Positions 23,686 to 36,581 of a stretch of DNA of 64,000 nucleotides are shown here, in pieces (position 1 is the first letter of the stretch; each line of letters begins with the position of its first letter). This DNA is from Psammoneis japonica (taxonomy: Eukaryota). The position numbers and the translations under genes were made by a program. The notes under the pieces were generated by a model. It was not told the DNA's origin. It searched no databases and saw nothing but the letters and a program-made list of their open reading frames with translations. The DNA lies in contig QPGO01000021.1 of the NCBI GenBank assembly GCA_008632985.1, positions 186,001 through 250,000 of the forward strand, in the 5' to 3' direction.

Positions 23686-25930
23686 CACCCCTGTGGTAGG
23701 GGAGAATATGGTGATGTCATGGTTACGTGGCAGATTTATACCTTATCCATTATATTTTTATATAAATGTACTCACATTAATTTATGCATTTGTACACAAA
23801 TGCTAATAGTAACAGGAAAAATCCTGAACCATATTCTCCCCTATCATAAAACTCTGACCTCCAAACTCCGAGGGTACGGAAACGCACTTTTGGCAGCTCT
23901 TTTCTTCGCACAAAAAACACGCGTTTTGACGACTCGACCATGATGATGCCTCGTGGTGCTTCCCCATCGCCTTCCCAGGATGCCGGTCCTACTGACACTG
24001 TTGCCAATGATGCTGATACAACAGGCAATGCCATTGTTCCGGTTCTCGTGGGTGTGACACATGCAAAATGAGATGCTACAAACTCACACTGTTGTTTGCA
24101 CGCCGCACTGCCTCCCACAGATGCTGTCACGAATTCCAATGCCGCACTTGCGTTTCGGGCCCCTAGCATGCCCGATGCTGTTACTCCTGCCCTCATTGCC
24201 ACAGGCACTGTTGACACTGTTGTTGTCTTTTGCCAATGACGTCCACAATTAAATGCCAACATCTCACACTTTTTTTTTCTCGCCGCGCCGCATCCCAAAG
24301 ACACTGTAACGAATGCAGACTCCGCACCTGCGTTTTGGTCCACTGGCATGCCCGAGACTGTTGCTCCTGCCATTGCTGCCGCAGGTGCTGTTGATGCTGT
24401 CATTGTCTTTTGCCAATGACGTCCACAATGAAATGCCAACAACTCACACTTTTTTCATTCTCGCCCCACCGCCTCCCAAAGACACTGTCACGAATTAAAA
24501 CACCGCACCTGCGTTTCGGTCCACTGGCATGCCCGAGACTGTTGCTTTTGCCCTTGATGACATGGGTGCTGTTGACACTGTTGTTGTTTTTGCTTTGGAA
24601 GGAGGATGATGGATGACGGCGGACCAGGAAACCCTCACTGCGGCCTGCTGATGGACGAGTGTTGGTGTTGTGGCTCTTGTGCTTTCTATGTTTGTTCATG
24701 GTTTTCCTCTTTGTTAGCTCTCGATTGTAGTCTGACCTTTAAAATGTACAGACATGTGATGCAGCTCTCTGTAAATTGGAAACCTGATGACACTCTGATG
24801 GCAGGCATGCTTTCACAGTTTTTTAGTTGGACAGGTTGGCGAACTAGTCTTTGTTTGCAGGCGACTTGGCAAGGTTTCAAGTGAGTGGTGCATGTGACTT
24901 GGACACTGCTCCATTTGCCAGGACCAGGTCATTGTCTGCAATTCCATGAGACGCCACTCTCGCGGTTTGAAATCCACACATGATGTGCAACATGCTTTTT
25001 TGTAAGTTGCTAAAAAAGAGGCCGGTGGCAACGTGCTTTTGGCAAACACTCACTGTGTTCATCACTGTCAGACCTTCTGAGCTGGTGCCACATTGATGGC
25101 CATGCTGCTGCTTTGCATGCCGGCACCTTCTCTGCCCGCACTCCAATGGCTACGTCCACCTTCATGTTGCTGCGGTTCATCTTGACACCTGTTGTTGGCT
25201 CCGATTGGTTCCGCTGGGCTGTGGGTGAGTCTCAATCACCTCCAGATGGAGGAGCTTCTTCTTGGGAATCATCCTGAGAAACTCTGTTGCCGTGCCTCCT
25301 AGATGCTCCTCTGCCATGCCCACGCCCATGCAAGGAGCATCGACCAGTTCATTGGTGCTCGTTGATCCCATGCCTTCGTTGTCCCAACCAGCATCGCCTC
25401 TGCCGCCTCCAGGCCTGCTTGCATCCACAGCAGTCAGATCACGAGTGGGATTGTTTCTTGTTGTTGTTTTGTTGTGCTGGATTGTAGTGCTCAATGACAA
25501 ATGGCGGCAATGTCGTCCACCGTCAATTTTGGATCCGGTGAAAATGGGCCCAAACTTCAGGATCGCAAATCTGCTGTGTTTGGGTTACGACAGCAGGTGT
25601 GATGGCACCGGCCAACACAGGAGGGACTGTCGCATCAGATGTGGCAGGCGTAGATATGTCAGGTGGTGCAGGGGATGAAGAACGGGAGGTCGTCATGGTC
25701 GAGTCGTCAAAACGCGTGATGTTTTGGTGTGTGCGCAGTCTTCCAAAAAGTGCGTTTCTTTTCCGTACCCCCGGATTTTGGAGGTCAGAGTTTTAGGGGA
25801 GCTGTGGAATAAGGATTTTTACTTAAGGAATATACACATTCATGTGCATATTAACATTGAAACTCAACGGACGGCGAAGCCGTGCGCGCGCAACCACGAA
25901 CACACGCACAGCTCCCCTACCACAGGGGTG
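23686..25930. mobile_element. Non-autonomous TIR element, Mutator-like
   Basis: Perfect 19-bp TIR CACCCCTGTGGTAGGGGAG; long imperfect subterminal inverted repeats (about 23850-23950 versus 25685-25795); 9-bp flanks GCCCTATCT and GGCCTATCT differ by one base. Confidence 0.75.
24060..24595. repeat. About 180-bp tandem repeat, about 3 copies
   Basis: TTGTCTTTTGCCAATGACGTCCACAAT recurs at a 180-bp offset; GCATGCCCGA occurs three times. Confidence 0.8.
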
Positions 25931-26138
25931 GGCCTATCTATCCTGTTGTTTTTAATATATATGCATGGCGCCATCGACAACCGCACAAAAAAAGAAAAGC
26001 GAGCGATAAAGCAAAACTGCCGCGCCCCGCCGCCGCGCCGCATCAGAAATCATAAATCATTATCTTTTCTGCATTGAGTTGTCGAAACGACACAAAGGAG
26101 GAGAGCATCCAAGCAAACTCCTTTATTTTAAAAAAGCC

Positions 26139-26783
26139 ATGTTCTCTCGACCGACATTTTCGCTTCTTTTTCTGATTTTACTTGTCGCATCAGCGACAGT
26201 CTACGCTTTTTCTCCGGTACAACACATTGGCGCACCCTCTCGTGGTGGAGAGATGCGAGAAAACACGTCTCCATCAACCTTCTTGAAGGTTTTATGGGAT
26301 CCCAAAAATACGGACTCTGATCTTGTTGATTTCCCTACACCCGCACAATCCACGGCTCTACGAAAAGAATCCAAGAAACGTCAAGCTCGAAGACAATTAG
26401 CAACCTACTTTATTCCCCAAGAAGAAACGTTGGGTCCACTTTCCGAACAAACACTCCAAGAAATTTGGGATTTGCTCAATCAACACGAATTGATTCAAAT
26501 TCGAGGAATTTGCAGGGATGAGCGAAGGTTTGTGCACAACACGGCACTACGGATCTGTTTGGATTTGGAAATGATGCAAAGCGATCAAGACACGGTCCTT
26601 CCCGTGGCCATGCTTTCGACCAAGGGACACTCTGCAATCTTGTACAGTCCGACATTGGATTTGGATCATCCCGACAAGTTTCCCTTGAGAACCAGTGTTG
26701 GTCAAAAGAATACGTGGACAGCGCGAATCAAACCACCCAGAGATCATCGAGGACAAATCATTCGAGAAGAACCAAAAGAGTAG
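26139..26783 (+). CDS. CRM (CRS1/YhbY) domain RNA-binding protein, probably plastid-targeted
   Basis: Signal peptide ending VYA-FSP (ASAFAP-like); EIWDLLNQHELIQIR and KGHSAILY resemble YhbY. Confidence 0.7.
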   Translation: MFSRPTFSLLFLILLVASATVYAFSPVQHIGAPSRGGEMRENTSPSTFLKVLWDPKNTDSDLVDFPTPAQSTALRKESKKRQARRQLATYFIPQEETLGPLSEQTLQEIWDLLNQHELIQIRGICRDERRFVHNTALRICLDLEMMQSDQDTVLPVAMLSTKGHSAILYSPTLDLDHPDKFPLRTSVGQKNTWTARIKPPRDHRGQIIREEPKE

Positions 26784-26925
26784 AGAGTTAATGAGTAAAG
26801 AGTACTGTTTGTTAAGGTGGTGTTATGCGGCCATAAAATAGCGTAAGGCGTAAGACGAACCTCAACTTTCAATGTGCAGTCATTGTAAGGCATCGTATTG
26901 GCATATACGGATCAAATAATGTGGT

Positions 26926-27429
26926 TCACTCTGCCAGGGGCGAATCAGGATAGTCCATCAGATGTTGCTCCAATTGTTGTTCTGTTTTCTGTAACGCAGC
27001 TTCCGCCAATTCTTCCAATCGATCCGCTTCATCCGACGCTGCCAAGGCCTTGGTGACGACAGATCCCGCGTCAAGGTTGGATCTTGCCGCTTCATCGGCA
27101 CGCGTCAGCTGCTCCATGCTAATGGGTTGATCACGTTTCTTGAATTCCTCGTCTATTTCCTTGGCACTGTTTGCGGCTGCTTGGGCTTCTTTTTCGGCCT
27201 TTTCACTCAGTTCATTGGCAGCTTTGCGAGCTTCCAGCGCTTGGGCCCACAAGTCCTCGGCCTTTTCGACTGCCTCCAACACATCCTCCTCGGAAACCAG
27301 AAAACACCGTGTTGGGTGCAGTGATGAGTGTCGTGCGTTAGCGACATTTATTCCAAAGCCACCGACCAATTGAAAATTACAAACGACGATGAAGACAAGC
27401 GTCCAACAATAATAAGTTTGTCTCGACAT
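26926..27429 (-). CDS. Hypothetical coiled-coil protein with signal/transit peptide
   Basis: 167-aa ATG ORF; hydrophobic N-terminus; Ala/Glu-rich helix; normal composition. Confidence 0.7.
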   Translation of the reverse strand: MSRQTYYCWTLVFIVVCNFQLVGGFGINVANARHSSLHPTRCFLVSEEDVLEAVEKAEDLWAQALEARKAANELSEKAEKEAQAAANSAKEIDEEFKKRDQPISMEQLTRADEAARSNLDAGSVVTKALAASDEADRLEELAEAALQKTEQQLEQHLMDYPDSPLAE

Positions 27430-27527
27430 GCTGGTAATCGGGATGACAGCAATAATCTAAGTGACTATCGTGAAAATATGGCGTATTTTCCCGCCGCTGT
27501 GCGGTCTCAATTCCAAATTCCAGCCTC

Positions 27528-30500
27528 CCGTAGAATTCTACGTGTTTTGAGTACTGGTAAGCGTACCTCCGACAGAAATCTGAATCGGCACAAAGATGAC
27601 ATCATGAGCCTTTCACCTGTTGTTTCAGCAGCAGGTAAAGGAGCATCGAGAATCTGTAACAAACCATCAGAAGAAGCACAGCATCAGCAAACGACAATGC
27701 CAGAGACCAGAAGCGCCACCAAGTGTTGGCGCATTGCTGAAGGGCCAATCATTCCTCCGCTCCATTTGCCGTCGAGTGTCGTTGGTGAAATCCAGGACAC
27801 TTGGATCTGGCATCGCTTGTTTGCATCGGTGCGCCTGCAACAGTCAATTGAAAAAAGCAAGCACACAAACATCATCACTGGCTTTGGAGCACCATTGATT
27901 TTTGCACTGCAGGCGGATCCGTTGCGTCAAGAATCACAGACTGTCAACTTGAAGCATTGCTCCGCAAAAGTCATGCTGTTCAACGCTGTCGCTTTCTCAA
28001 CCTCATCGGCTGCACGCAAACAACAGGGAACAGATTCAAAGCGCTTTGTGGTTCTTTGTTGCTGCCAGAGATTGGCATTTGAAGGAGAATCAAAATGTCC
28101 TGATGAGAAAGAAACCAAGTGGCCATGCATTGAGCAAACTGAATCTCGACTTTGTTTTGCCCTTGCTCTCGTCCATGCCACAGATTGCGCCAATGCCACT
28201 GCTGCAAGACAACTCACTCAGACTCTCCCTCATCAAGATCTGGAAGCAACAGCACAATTTTGCCTGTTGTTGTCGGAACTGCACAAACCTGCCGTGGACA
28301 TTGCGATTGCATCATTGCGAGTGTGCCACCCAAAGACGACTTGTTGTGGGCAATGAGCTTTTCTCATTGCAAGAAATGCAAGAAATGCACCTGTTGTGGC
28401 TTCAAGGATGGACATCCTGTTAAGGAAGACTGCACTCATTGCATGGTTCAATGTTGCCAACCGTGTGATGGACATGAGGACAAATGTCCCAACCTCATCA
28501 TGTGATGTGCTTGTGCATGTCCTGTGGCTTGTCAGAATGTGGAAAATTGTCACCAAGGAATGTTTTGTGATGGTTGCTGTGATCATTGTTGTCAAATCAA
28601 TGAAGGCTGTGATGACAGCAGCAGCACATGCAAAAGTTGTGGGGGCACCTTCTGCATGAAATGCCGTGAATCCAATCAGCATGTTTGTTCGCCTTTGAGC
28701 GAGGCCGAGCAAAATGATTGAGTCTTGCGTTCTTTGATGCACCAACTCTGAAGTGAATCCATTTCTGAACTGCATTCTCCAGTGGCAGGATCTGCAAACT
28801 CTCTAGATTGCAGGGCACTCAAGTGGCAGTGTGTGTGGCTGTCTCTTAGTCGCATCTGCTGTGCCACAGCCTTTTGCTCTGCCTGGCATTGAGCCAGACA
28901 CAGAAAATCATCTTGAAAGAGCGTGAGCTTGAACAGCACCTGCTGTGCTCTCAACAGCCACCAATGGGTTGTGATGGGCTTCAGTGGCCCACAAATCTCT
29001 GGCTGGAGTTGAGCCAGCAACTGCCACCGGCCAGATCCAGAGCAGCCATTGAAAGAAAATGACCATGTTCTGTGGCACTTGCAAGCACTCTGGCAAAAGA
29101 AAAAGATCAAGTGGCCAGGGGGCAAAGCAAAAAGAGCATCATGCTCTGGCAGAGGTTTGAAAATCTCATCCGGGCCACCCCCTTCCTGTGGTGCATGAGC
29201 ACAATTGAATGTCTTTGAGCTGGAAAGACTGAAATCAGCTCACTTGTTTGAGAATGAATTCTGCCAAAAGGACTTGATGTGTGAATGACGCAGATCTGTC
29301 TGCCGCAATCTGTTCCCATGGGTGGTCAGGGGATGGCAGCAATCAACACAAATCATCAAGCCAGCTGGAGCTGCAATGGTTGTTGCAATGTGCATTGGCA
29401 ACAGGTGTGCAACAGCAATTGGCAACTGCTGCAGTCTGCTCAAGTGGGGACATCACGTGGTGCTTCATCATGTGCATGGCTCTGCTTGCTGTGGCAGTGT
29501 GCCTTGAAGCAACCTGCTGCACAATCACTCCATGATTGGGGTGGTGGAAGAAGTGGCATGTGAGAATGCCCAGGCTCATGCCAATGAGTCATGGGAAGAG
29601 CTTGCGAGTCAGATGTGCTGCTGGTGGTTGACTTGAGTTCAAAAGCAGCAACATGAGCCAGATGAAGTGGGGTCAAGTTCAGCACAAAGTGTGTGGTGCA
29701 AGAGCATTGCACACAAGTGCCACTCATTGCAACTCTGCAAAAACTGTCAGCTGCAATCAAGTTGCATGTGCTGCACATTGCTGGGTTGGCCACAATTTGC
29801 AGTTGAAGCGGATTTGTCAGCACCTGCAATTGCATGCAGCCACATTGTCAACCGCAACCTGTGATGCAATTTCTGGCAACTTTGGTTCTTGTGCCAACCC
29901 CTGTGAGAGTGGTGGCTTTCAGAGGCATGATGACAATGTGTCAAAAACACACCAAAGTCCTCACACAACAATGGCCAATTTTCTATGATGATTGCTTCAC
30001 AACCCCACAACTGCGGACAATTGATTTGTTTTTTGTCTCATTTGAAAAGGCAAGCTTTTGCCCCTCTCTCGCAACTCAATCTGGGCATCCTCACTTGAGC
30101 TGTGGGAAAGAAGACAACAGATGCAAAACTCCCTTTTAAAGCACTGCACAAGAACTGCTTCACACAGCATTCAACAGCAAGACAGTGCCAGAGACCAGAA
30201 GTGCTGCCAAGTGTTGGCTTTTTGTTGATGCTGATGGGCCAATCAATTCTTCAAAAAAAGTGTGCTGCTGTGGCGTGGTGTTTGTGTTTGGTGCAAGATT
30301 GGTGAAGCCCCGCTGAACTTCTGTTTGAACTGCCTTCTTGACATTGTCTGGAAGCTTGGTCACTTGTGAATGTGAGTGTCAAGGATGATCCTGCAGTCCT
30401 TTGACAGCTGGGCTTTTTGCAGCATCTAGACACACAAGGGGGCTTGCTCCAGCACTCTGCTTTGCCGCCTGCCATGCCAGCTCAAGCTTGCTCTGCAGAG

Positions 30501-31400
30501 GGGAGAGGGGGCAGTGCACCAGCCAAGCTCCCTGGAGCAACATCTTTTGCATCTGATGGTTTTGAGAAGACTTTTTGCATTGGAAATAAATTGTGAACAT
30601 TGTCAGCTGTTGCTGCTTCCTGGGCAACAAATGTGTCAACAATCCTGATGGTCTTCACGAGAGGCAGAGAGTGAGCTGGATGACAAACCCAGCAGAAACT
30701 TAAAAAAGGTGAGAGCTGCTGCACACACCTGTGACAGCTCTTGTCTCAAGAAAGAGTTGGGAGAAATTGTGGTTGCACACTTGCACAACAATCTCTTGTG
30801 TCATCATTTCATGGACAGCGCAACAAAAGTTGAGCAGTTCTTGGTCGAGGGGTGCTCGCATGGCTCCTTTTTAAGGGAGACAAAGAGCCCAGCAGACAAG
30901 AGCATGAGGGACAGCAGAAGAAGGCTGGAAAGAGGCTGTTAAAGCAGACAAGCAGAAGGGGTGCACAATGCAGTGCACAGGGCATTTCAAGGAGGGGGCG
31001 CATCTGTGAACGAAGTTGTGGGGATGAGTGGAGAGGGTGTGACATGTGCATTGTTGCACCGGAGAGTCTGGTGAGTCATCCACTGAAAATGAGAGGAGGA
31101 GTGATGCATGCTGCCAAAGTGATTGTTGGTGAGTTGGCTCCAGGCAAAGTCAGCAGAGGGAAGGAGAAAGGGAGGAGAGGTGGTCGTCGAGAGGAAAAGG
31201 CGCGCAGAGCATGGAGCTCCACACCAGAGTCTTGCAAAAGGCGGGGGTGGGTGAGGGCCAGGGAGTTTTGGGTTGGGAGCAGGCGGTAGAAAGCAAAGAA
31301 CTAAAGAGGAAGCGGTGAAAGAAGCCAAGACCGCCCAAATCTTCCAGTTCCAAAAGGAATGCGACAGCTCCTGAGAACAGCTTGGAACACAACATGACAC
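27528..31400. mobile_element. Heavily mutated transposon-derived block
   Basis: TA nearly absent; internal dispersed repeat GCCAGAGACCAGAAG near 27700 and 30187; left end CCCGTAGAATTCTACGTGTTTT resembles the reverse complement of 55970-55995; boundaries approximate. Confidence 0.55.
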
Positions 31401-31555
31401 GGGTATCAACAGCATCGGACCATGAGGATATTTTATGTTAGCTTATGGATCTTGGATGCTCGCGCGATCTCGATCAAAATCAGACGAACAAAACTGTGTT
31501 CTTTGACGCATCTTCGCGTTGCTGTTATCGACAGTCCACAAAATGCATTAACAAA

Positions 31556-32254
31556 ATGGCGACATCAATCACGGTTCACCACTTGGAATATTCCCAATCG
31601 TTTCGCATTGTTTGGTTATTGGAGGAGCTGGAAGCAGATTATGAGCTAAAAATCTACAAACGAACCGAGGACCATCTCGCCCCTGCGGAGTACAAGGATA
31701 TGTCACCACTTGGTACATCTCCCACGGTGGAATTCAAAGAAGAAGGCAGCGACAGTGTCTTTTTGTGTGAAACGAACGCCATTATCGATGCCATTATTGA
31801 CATGCACCCTAAATCCACTCTTCGACCGCCCATCAAACATCGACAATCATATTTGTTCTGGTTTCACGCCTCACAGGGATCGTTTCAGCCACTCATGTCT
31901 TGGGACTCACTCTTGTCAATCATTCCTAAAAAGCTTCCTTTTCCACTTTCCTCTCTACTCCGAAAGATTTTTGCCAAGGTTCATAAGAACTACACATATC
32001 CTCGTCTCGAAAAAATTCTGGGCTTGGCTGAGGAACAGCTGACGAAGACACCCTACTTTAATGGGGACGAGTTGACGGCCGCCGATGTGTCCATGATTTA
32101 TCCAATGGAGTCATGCTTGACTCGCCACGGTGACGAGTTTAACGACATTGCTCATTGCGAGGCATGGATGAAGCGGTGCCGTGATAGGCCCGCCTTCAAG
32201 AGGGCACAGGAAAAGGTTCATCAAGATCACGTTGTTTTTTCGCCTCCAAAGTAG
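31556..32254 (+). CDS. Glutathione S-transferase (GTT1-like)
   Basis: HHLEYSQSFRIVWLLEEL, SPLGTSP, ETNAI, YFNGDELTAAD. Confidence 0.92.
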   Translation: MATSITVHHLEYSQSFRIVWLLEELEADYELKIYKRTEDHLAPAEYKDMSPLGTSPTVEFKEEGSDSVFLCETNAIIDAIIDMHPKSTLRPPIKHRQSYLFWFHASQGSFQPLMSWDSLLSIIPKKLPFPLSSLLRKIFAKVHKNYTYPRLEKILGLAEEQLTKTPYFNGDELTAADVSMIYPMESCLTRHGDEFNDIAHCEAWMKRCRDRPAFKRAQEKVHQDHVVFSPPK

Positions 32255-32367
32255 CCGTCTTCTGTCCGTGACATTGGCTTTACTACTCATTGTGCATAGG
32301 GCACGTTTAGCGGGTCAAGATAGTTGACACCAATGTCAGTGGTAGGCATACCGTCACTACTATAAAT

Positions 32368-33240
32368 TCATTTACTATGTTTCACGTCCATTGTGTTTGG
32401 TGGAAACACCGCGGGAGTCATACCAAATTCGGAAGATAGTGTTTCAAGAACTTGCGCATCTGATCCCGTGTGGATTCGAATGCGTTCCTTGAGATCTTTT
32501 CCCATGAAGAGACGACTGACAATGGGAAATACAATGCTAAAGAACGAAGCGGGCTGGCAGAAATGAATTGCAACCACACGAACAGGAAGAATGCTGCTTA
32601 GGCTCTTCCAAATTTTCCGAGAGAGTGGTGCGTCCCATTGAGAGAGTTTGGCATTTTTGGGATAACCCAGAAACACAATTCCATTTCTTTGTGTTTCTTC
32701 GTCGTCCAGCAGCGTCTCATGGATTTGACACCAAATGGCTCGGAGCATGCTCTTACGCGAATACTTGGACCGATCCTGTTTTGACGGGTCCACAAACAAA
32801 ATGGCTCGACCCTCGGGGTCCTTCACTCCCTGAATGATTTGAAAGAAACCCATACTCAAGGCTACTGCATCTTCATCGTTCAAGGCATGCGTGCGAGTCA
32901 AGGATCCGAAAGCCTTGTCTTGTCCAAACAGATCAACGCGCATGTCCCAATACCGAACAAGTCGGCTTGCCGCAAGCTACGCGTTGGTAAAATATATTGC
33001 ATCATTTGAGTACAAGTTGCACCTCATTGAACTTACATAGCATCGTCTGCAAACGTACATTTACATCAAACTGTTCGGATCGTAGAAACAGGAGCTTGTG
33101 GTCGTCATCGACTAGACTCGGGCAGTTTGCCACTGCCATGCTCCAATTTTCTTTCTGCTCGGCTGATAACTTGTCGAGTTCCTCTCTCAGTTCTTGAATT
33201 TTTGTAGACACGAGTTGCTTCGTTTCGACGGGAAGGATCT
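32368..33240 (-). CDS. CRAL-TRIO (Sec14) lipid-binding protein; 5' end uncertain
   Basis: LLFLRSEQFDV, intron about 33058-32977, AASRLVRYW, DPEGRAILF, LPVRVVAIH, KERIRIH. Confidence 0.8.
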
Positions 33241-34033
33241 GCCCATAGATAACATCTTTTTTTCTCTGCAGAGGAAATTTCGCCTACGTTGCTGTCGTGA
33301 TCTCGGTCGTGCGCTTTTAAGTTGTTGTAGTTGCTCGAAATCAAGGGTAGAAATGTGACATGAAAGGTATCTGACCGATCTGACAGACTGAAGGGTCTCG
33401 GTATCTTCTGTCGAGGCGTGTTGAAAGAGGATACGAATCTCGACGCTGATCTGTTACAACAAAACAGAACCGCAAAAAGCTGAACAGTCAATTGAAAGGC
33501 CACCATGTTGGAAGTCTCACGTTACATTCCTTAGAGAGAAAACTATAGATCTACTTTCTTTCGTTGAGCTCCTCCCTCGGGTTTCCCCTGTTAAACTCGC
33601 CTCCGTGTCGGGGAATGGGTGTTTGACATGATGTTGAACAACCTCAATTTGCGATGCCGCTGTTCCTACAGTATCGCTGTTCGCTGTGTCATCTACAGTA
33701 CAGTGCCACTGTCGTGTCATCCAACGAGTTTTTGGATCTTGCAAAAAGATCCATTTTATCTATGTTTGGCTAATGTGCTTCATCAATGTCTGGCGCCGTT
33801 TTATTTAATTTATTTCGAGTGTGGGACATTATCACTTTGGAACTTGTTGGGTCGTGTGCCTCGGAAGGAGGAAACGGGCGACCCCCGAGCGATAGATAGA
33901 TAGATCGTGACGAGTAGAATTGACTCTCTCAAGTAGAGAGAGAGAGAGAGAGTAGCTGGTAGCTAGCTAGTAGACAAGAAAAGTACGATTCCATTCCATG
34001 CAATCTTTGTTATATTTGTTGAGAATCTTCTAA

Positions 34034-36175
34034 TCAACTACAGTGACTCATAAAGGGACTGTTCTCTGGTGCAGATTGGCAACGCTCCCTCAGGTCTCGA
34101 GGCAGTGTGGCCATTTGGGAGAGGTCCCAGGCAACACCAGGATTCCACTCAGTCCATCGCGAATCACCCATGACATTCACCTGGGTTTCAAGGTATTCTG
34201 CTACCAACTGCTCTACAGATTGCGATGCCTTGGGATGGCCACCAGGCATGCGCAGTGCCCAGGAACGCCATGATTCTGCCGCTGCTTTCATTGCTCTGTC
34301 GGCCTTTGCGGATTGTGGGTCCTCGTCTTTTTGATTGGCCAAAGCTTCCAACACTAAACCAGTCTCATTTCCAAACAGTTGCACTACAGCACTTTCTAAC
34401 TGATCGTACAAAGCGTGTTCACGAATGCGTAAGTCTCGCAGGCTAGCCTTCGGGGCCCTATCGCGGTCTCGAGACCACAGATTCAGAGCAGCTGTATCCT
34501 CAAATGGCTGTTCAAACTGGTGCCACCACCAGCTGGGCAAGTAAAGAACATCACCCGGACCCACAATTACTTCCAGGATATTGGCCTGACGAAAACGGGG
34601 AAAACGTTCAAGATTTGGTGCTGAAATGTTGACTTGGGAGGACCCAACAAGCGGGTGCCCATGATTGGGATAGCGATAAAAGGCGTCCAACTGTCCCGGC
34701 GGTCCAATTATTGCGCGTTTCCGTCCCCAAGCCATGACATATAAATTATCCGTTGCATCATAATGTATCGGCATAATGATTCCTCTCTGTCCCAGCCAGA
34801 TCTTGGCATTGGCAAAGCCGCCAAAGAAGGGCTGATCCGAAGCAATCTTCTCGAGCGTGGAAGTGACGGCGCTGAGATCTGCTACTAATGGTGCCGGTGC
34901 TGGACCACCGGCAACCACTGCTTCACCTTGAGCATTCATAACAATCTCATGCAGGTAATGCAACACTTTGGGCTGCTTTGGATAGGATCGCGCTGCCTTC
35001 CGAACAGTTTTGACGAATCCATCAAACGTGTCACGGTAGAGATGAGTGGAAGGCTGAAAGGGGTATGGATAACCCTTCCTTTTAGCTTCTGCTTGTGGCT
35101 CATAATAGCGACAGCAGCGTCCTTTTTCATCTGCAGCAACGTTGAATTTTGGCTTTTGATCTGCATCACCGCCAGAAAGTATTCGTTTGTTTAGATACTC
35201 CAACGTCCACTTGTGCGCCACTGGACTCGTGTCGGCATTTGCGCCAGTAAATGCATCCGTAATGACCACTGGCTTTCCTTGTGATATATAGTCTCGGGCT
35301 TCGGCCATTGTCCTCCGATCTACCATTGGTATTTCAGGGTGTACCCTTGCGAGAGCTTCATGGCGGCTATTCACGATGAGTTCCTCAGCATCCTGTTCAT
35401 CAAACACAGCTTCTAGTTTGGCAGATAGTTCTGCTAGTGCCACTTTGACCTTTTTCTGACTAAGAGCATCAGCTTCTTGGGCTCGCTCGGTGGCCTTTTG
35501 AAGGACTCGATAGGCCTTTCGAAACCCATACGGTAGGCTTTCGGTTTCCCCCAACACGAGAGCATTAGCTTGGTTGAGCCAGGCATCTACTGATTTGGAA
35601 CTAGAATCTGGCAGATCATTGAGATCAGAACACTCGCTTTTGCTCCCTGTGGTAGCAATGGGATGTGCTCGGAAGCAGCTGTTTCTAACCGGCGACCAGC
35701 CACACCTAGCAATGTCCATGCATTCTTCACAGCTACTACTAGCTGAGCGACATATCTTCTCCTTTTCTAAACCATCAACGGAAACAGGAGGTATCTTTTT
35801 TCTTGCAGCTTCCACATCCTCATTCGTCAAGGTGAACAACTGCTGCTGTTCACTTTCGGAAATGATATACTCGGCCAATCGCTCCAACGTCCCCGCCTCG
35901 ACCAAGCTGAACACTTGCCCGGGGAATCCCTCGATCTCTCGAGATCCGCCCTTTGGGGCTAATGGCCCATAGAACAAAAGTGGCCCACTACCGAGCTCGT
36001 TATTACCAGACCAGTAAAGTCCACATTCTCCGTCTAGGCGCTGATTGACGAACGTAACTTTGCGCGAGTCTTGTTGGCTGCTGCCGTCCGAGTTAATTTC
36101 TACGCTTCGTGCAGAAGATACTCCTCTCATTCCGACAAGTGCAAGAAGGAGAAATTGAGCCATTGATGCAATCAT
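34034..36175 (-). CDS. Secreted JmjC/cupin-8 2OG-Fe(II) oxygenase
   Basis: 713 aa; signal peptide; IWLG..PIHYDATDN and PGDVLYLPSWWWHQ. Confidence 0.88.
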   Translation of the reverse strand: MIASMAQFLLLALVGMRGVSSARSVEINSDGSSQQDSRKVTFVNQRLDGECGLYWSGNNELGSGPLLFYGPLAPKGGSREIEGFPGQVFSLVEAGTLERLAEYIISESEQQQLFTLTNEDVEAARKKIPPVSVDGLEKEKICRSASSSCEECMDIARCGWSPVRNSCFRAHPIATTGSKSECSDLNDLPDSSSKSVDAWLNQANALVLGETESLPYGFRKAYRVLQKATERAQEADALSQKKVKVALAELSAKLEAVFDEQDAEELIVNSRHEALARVHPEIPMVDRRTMAEARDYISQGKPVVITDAFTGANADTSPVAHKWTLEYLNKRILSGGDADQKPKFNVAADEKGRCCRYYEPQAEAKRKGYPYPFQPSTHLYRDTFDGFVKTVRKAARSYPKQPKVLHYLHEIVMNAQGEAVVAGGPAPAPLVADLSAVTSTLEKIASDQPFFGGFANAKIWLGQRGIIMPIHYDATDNLYVMAWGRKRAIIGPPGQLDAFYRYPNHGHPLVGSSQVNISAPNLERFPRFRQANILEVIVGPGDVLYLPSWWWHQFEQPFEDTAALNLWSRDRDRAPKASLRDLRIREHALYDQLESAVVQLFGNETGLVLEALANQKDEDPQSAKADRAMKAAAESWRSWALRMPGGHPKASQSVEQLVAEYLETQVNVMGDSRWTEWNPGVAWDLSQMATLPRDLRERCQSAPENSPFMSHCS

Positions 36176-36581
36176 CTTGACTAAGCCGATACCGTCCTGA
36201 ACTGATCATCCAACAGATGATTTCGGTTTCTTCTCTAGAAACAAAAACATTGAATGAACATCAACGACATTCAAAACATCAACGACGCATTCAAACATCA
36301 CACGCCCGCAACCAACGCGACGGATCACGGGCAGATGCAAAAACGTCATGGAAATCAGGGATCGCGCATCGCTTTCCCGCCATTTTCCCGCGCGCACTAC
36401 GGGTCGCGCGCTCGTGGAGCAGAAGCAGGACCCGCACGATTTTCGAAATTTTCGACGATGACAGATTGAAGATATGGGATACGTAGGTTATTGATTTGAT
36501 ATTTGATGCCCACCTACCAGTCTCGTCAAATCGCCCCATACCGGCAGTGTAATTCGTTCTGTCACCACAATAACCCACACA

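Noticed and set aside
27328..28356. 342-aa ORF as a gene
   Set aside because: Non-ATG start, overlaps a real gene in antisense and runs into the TA-depleted repeat
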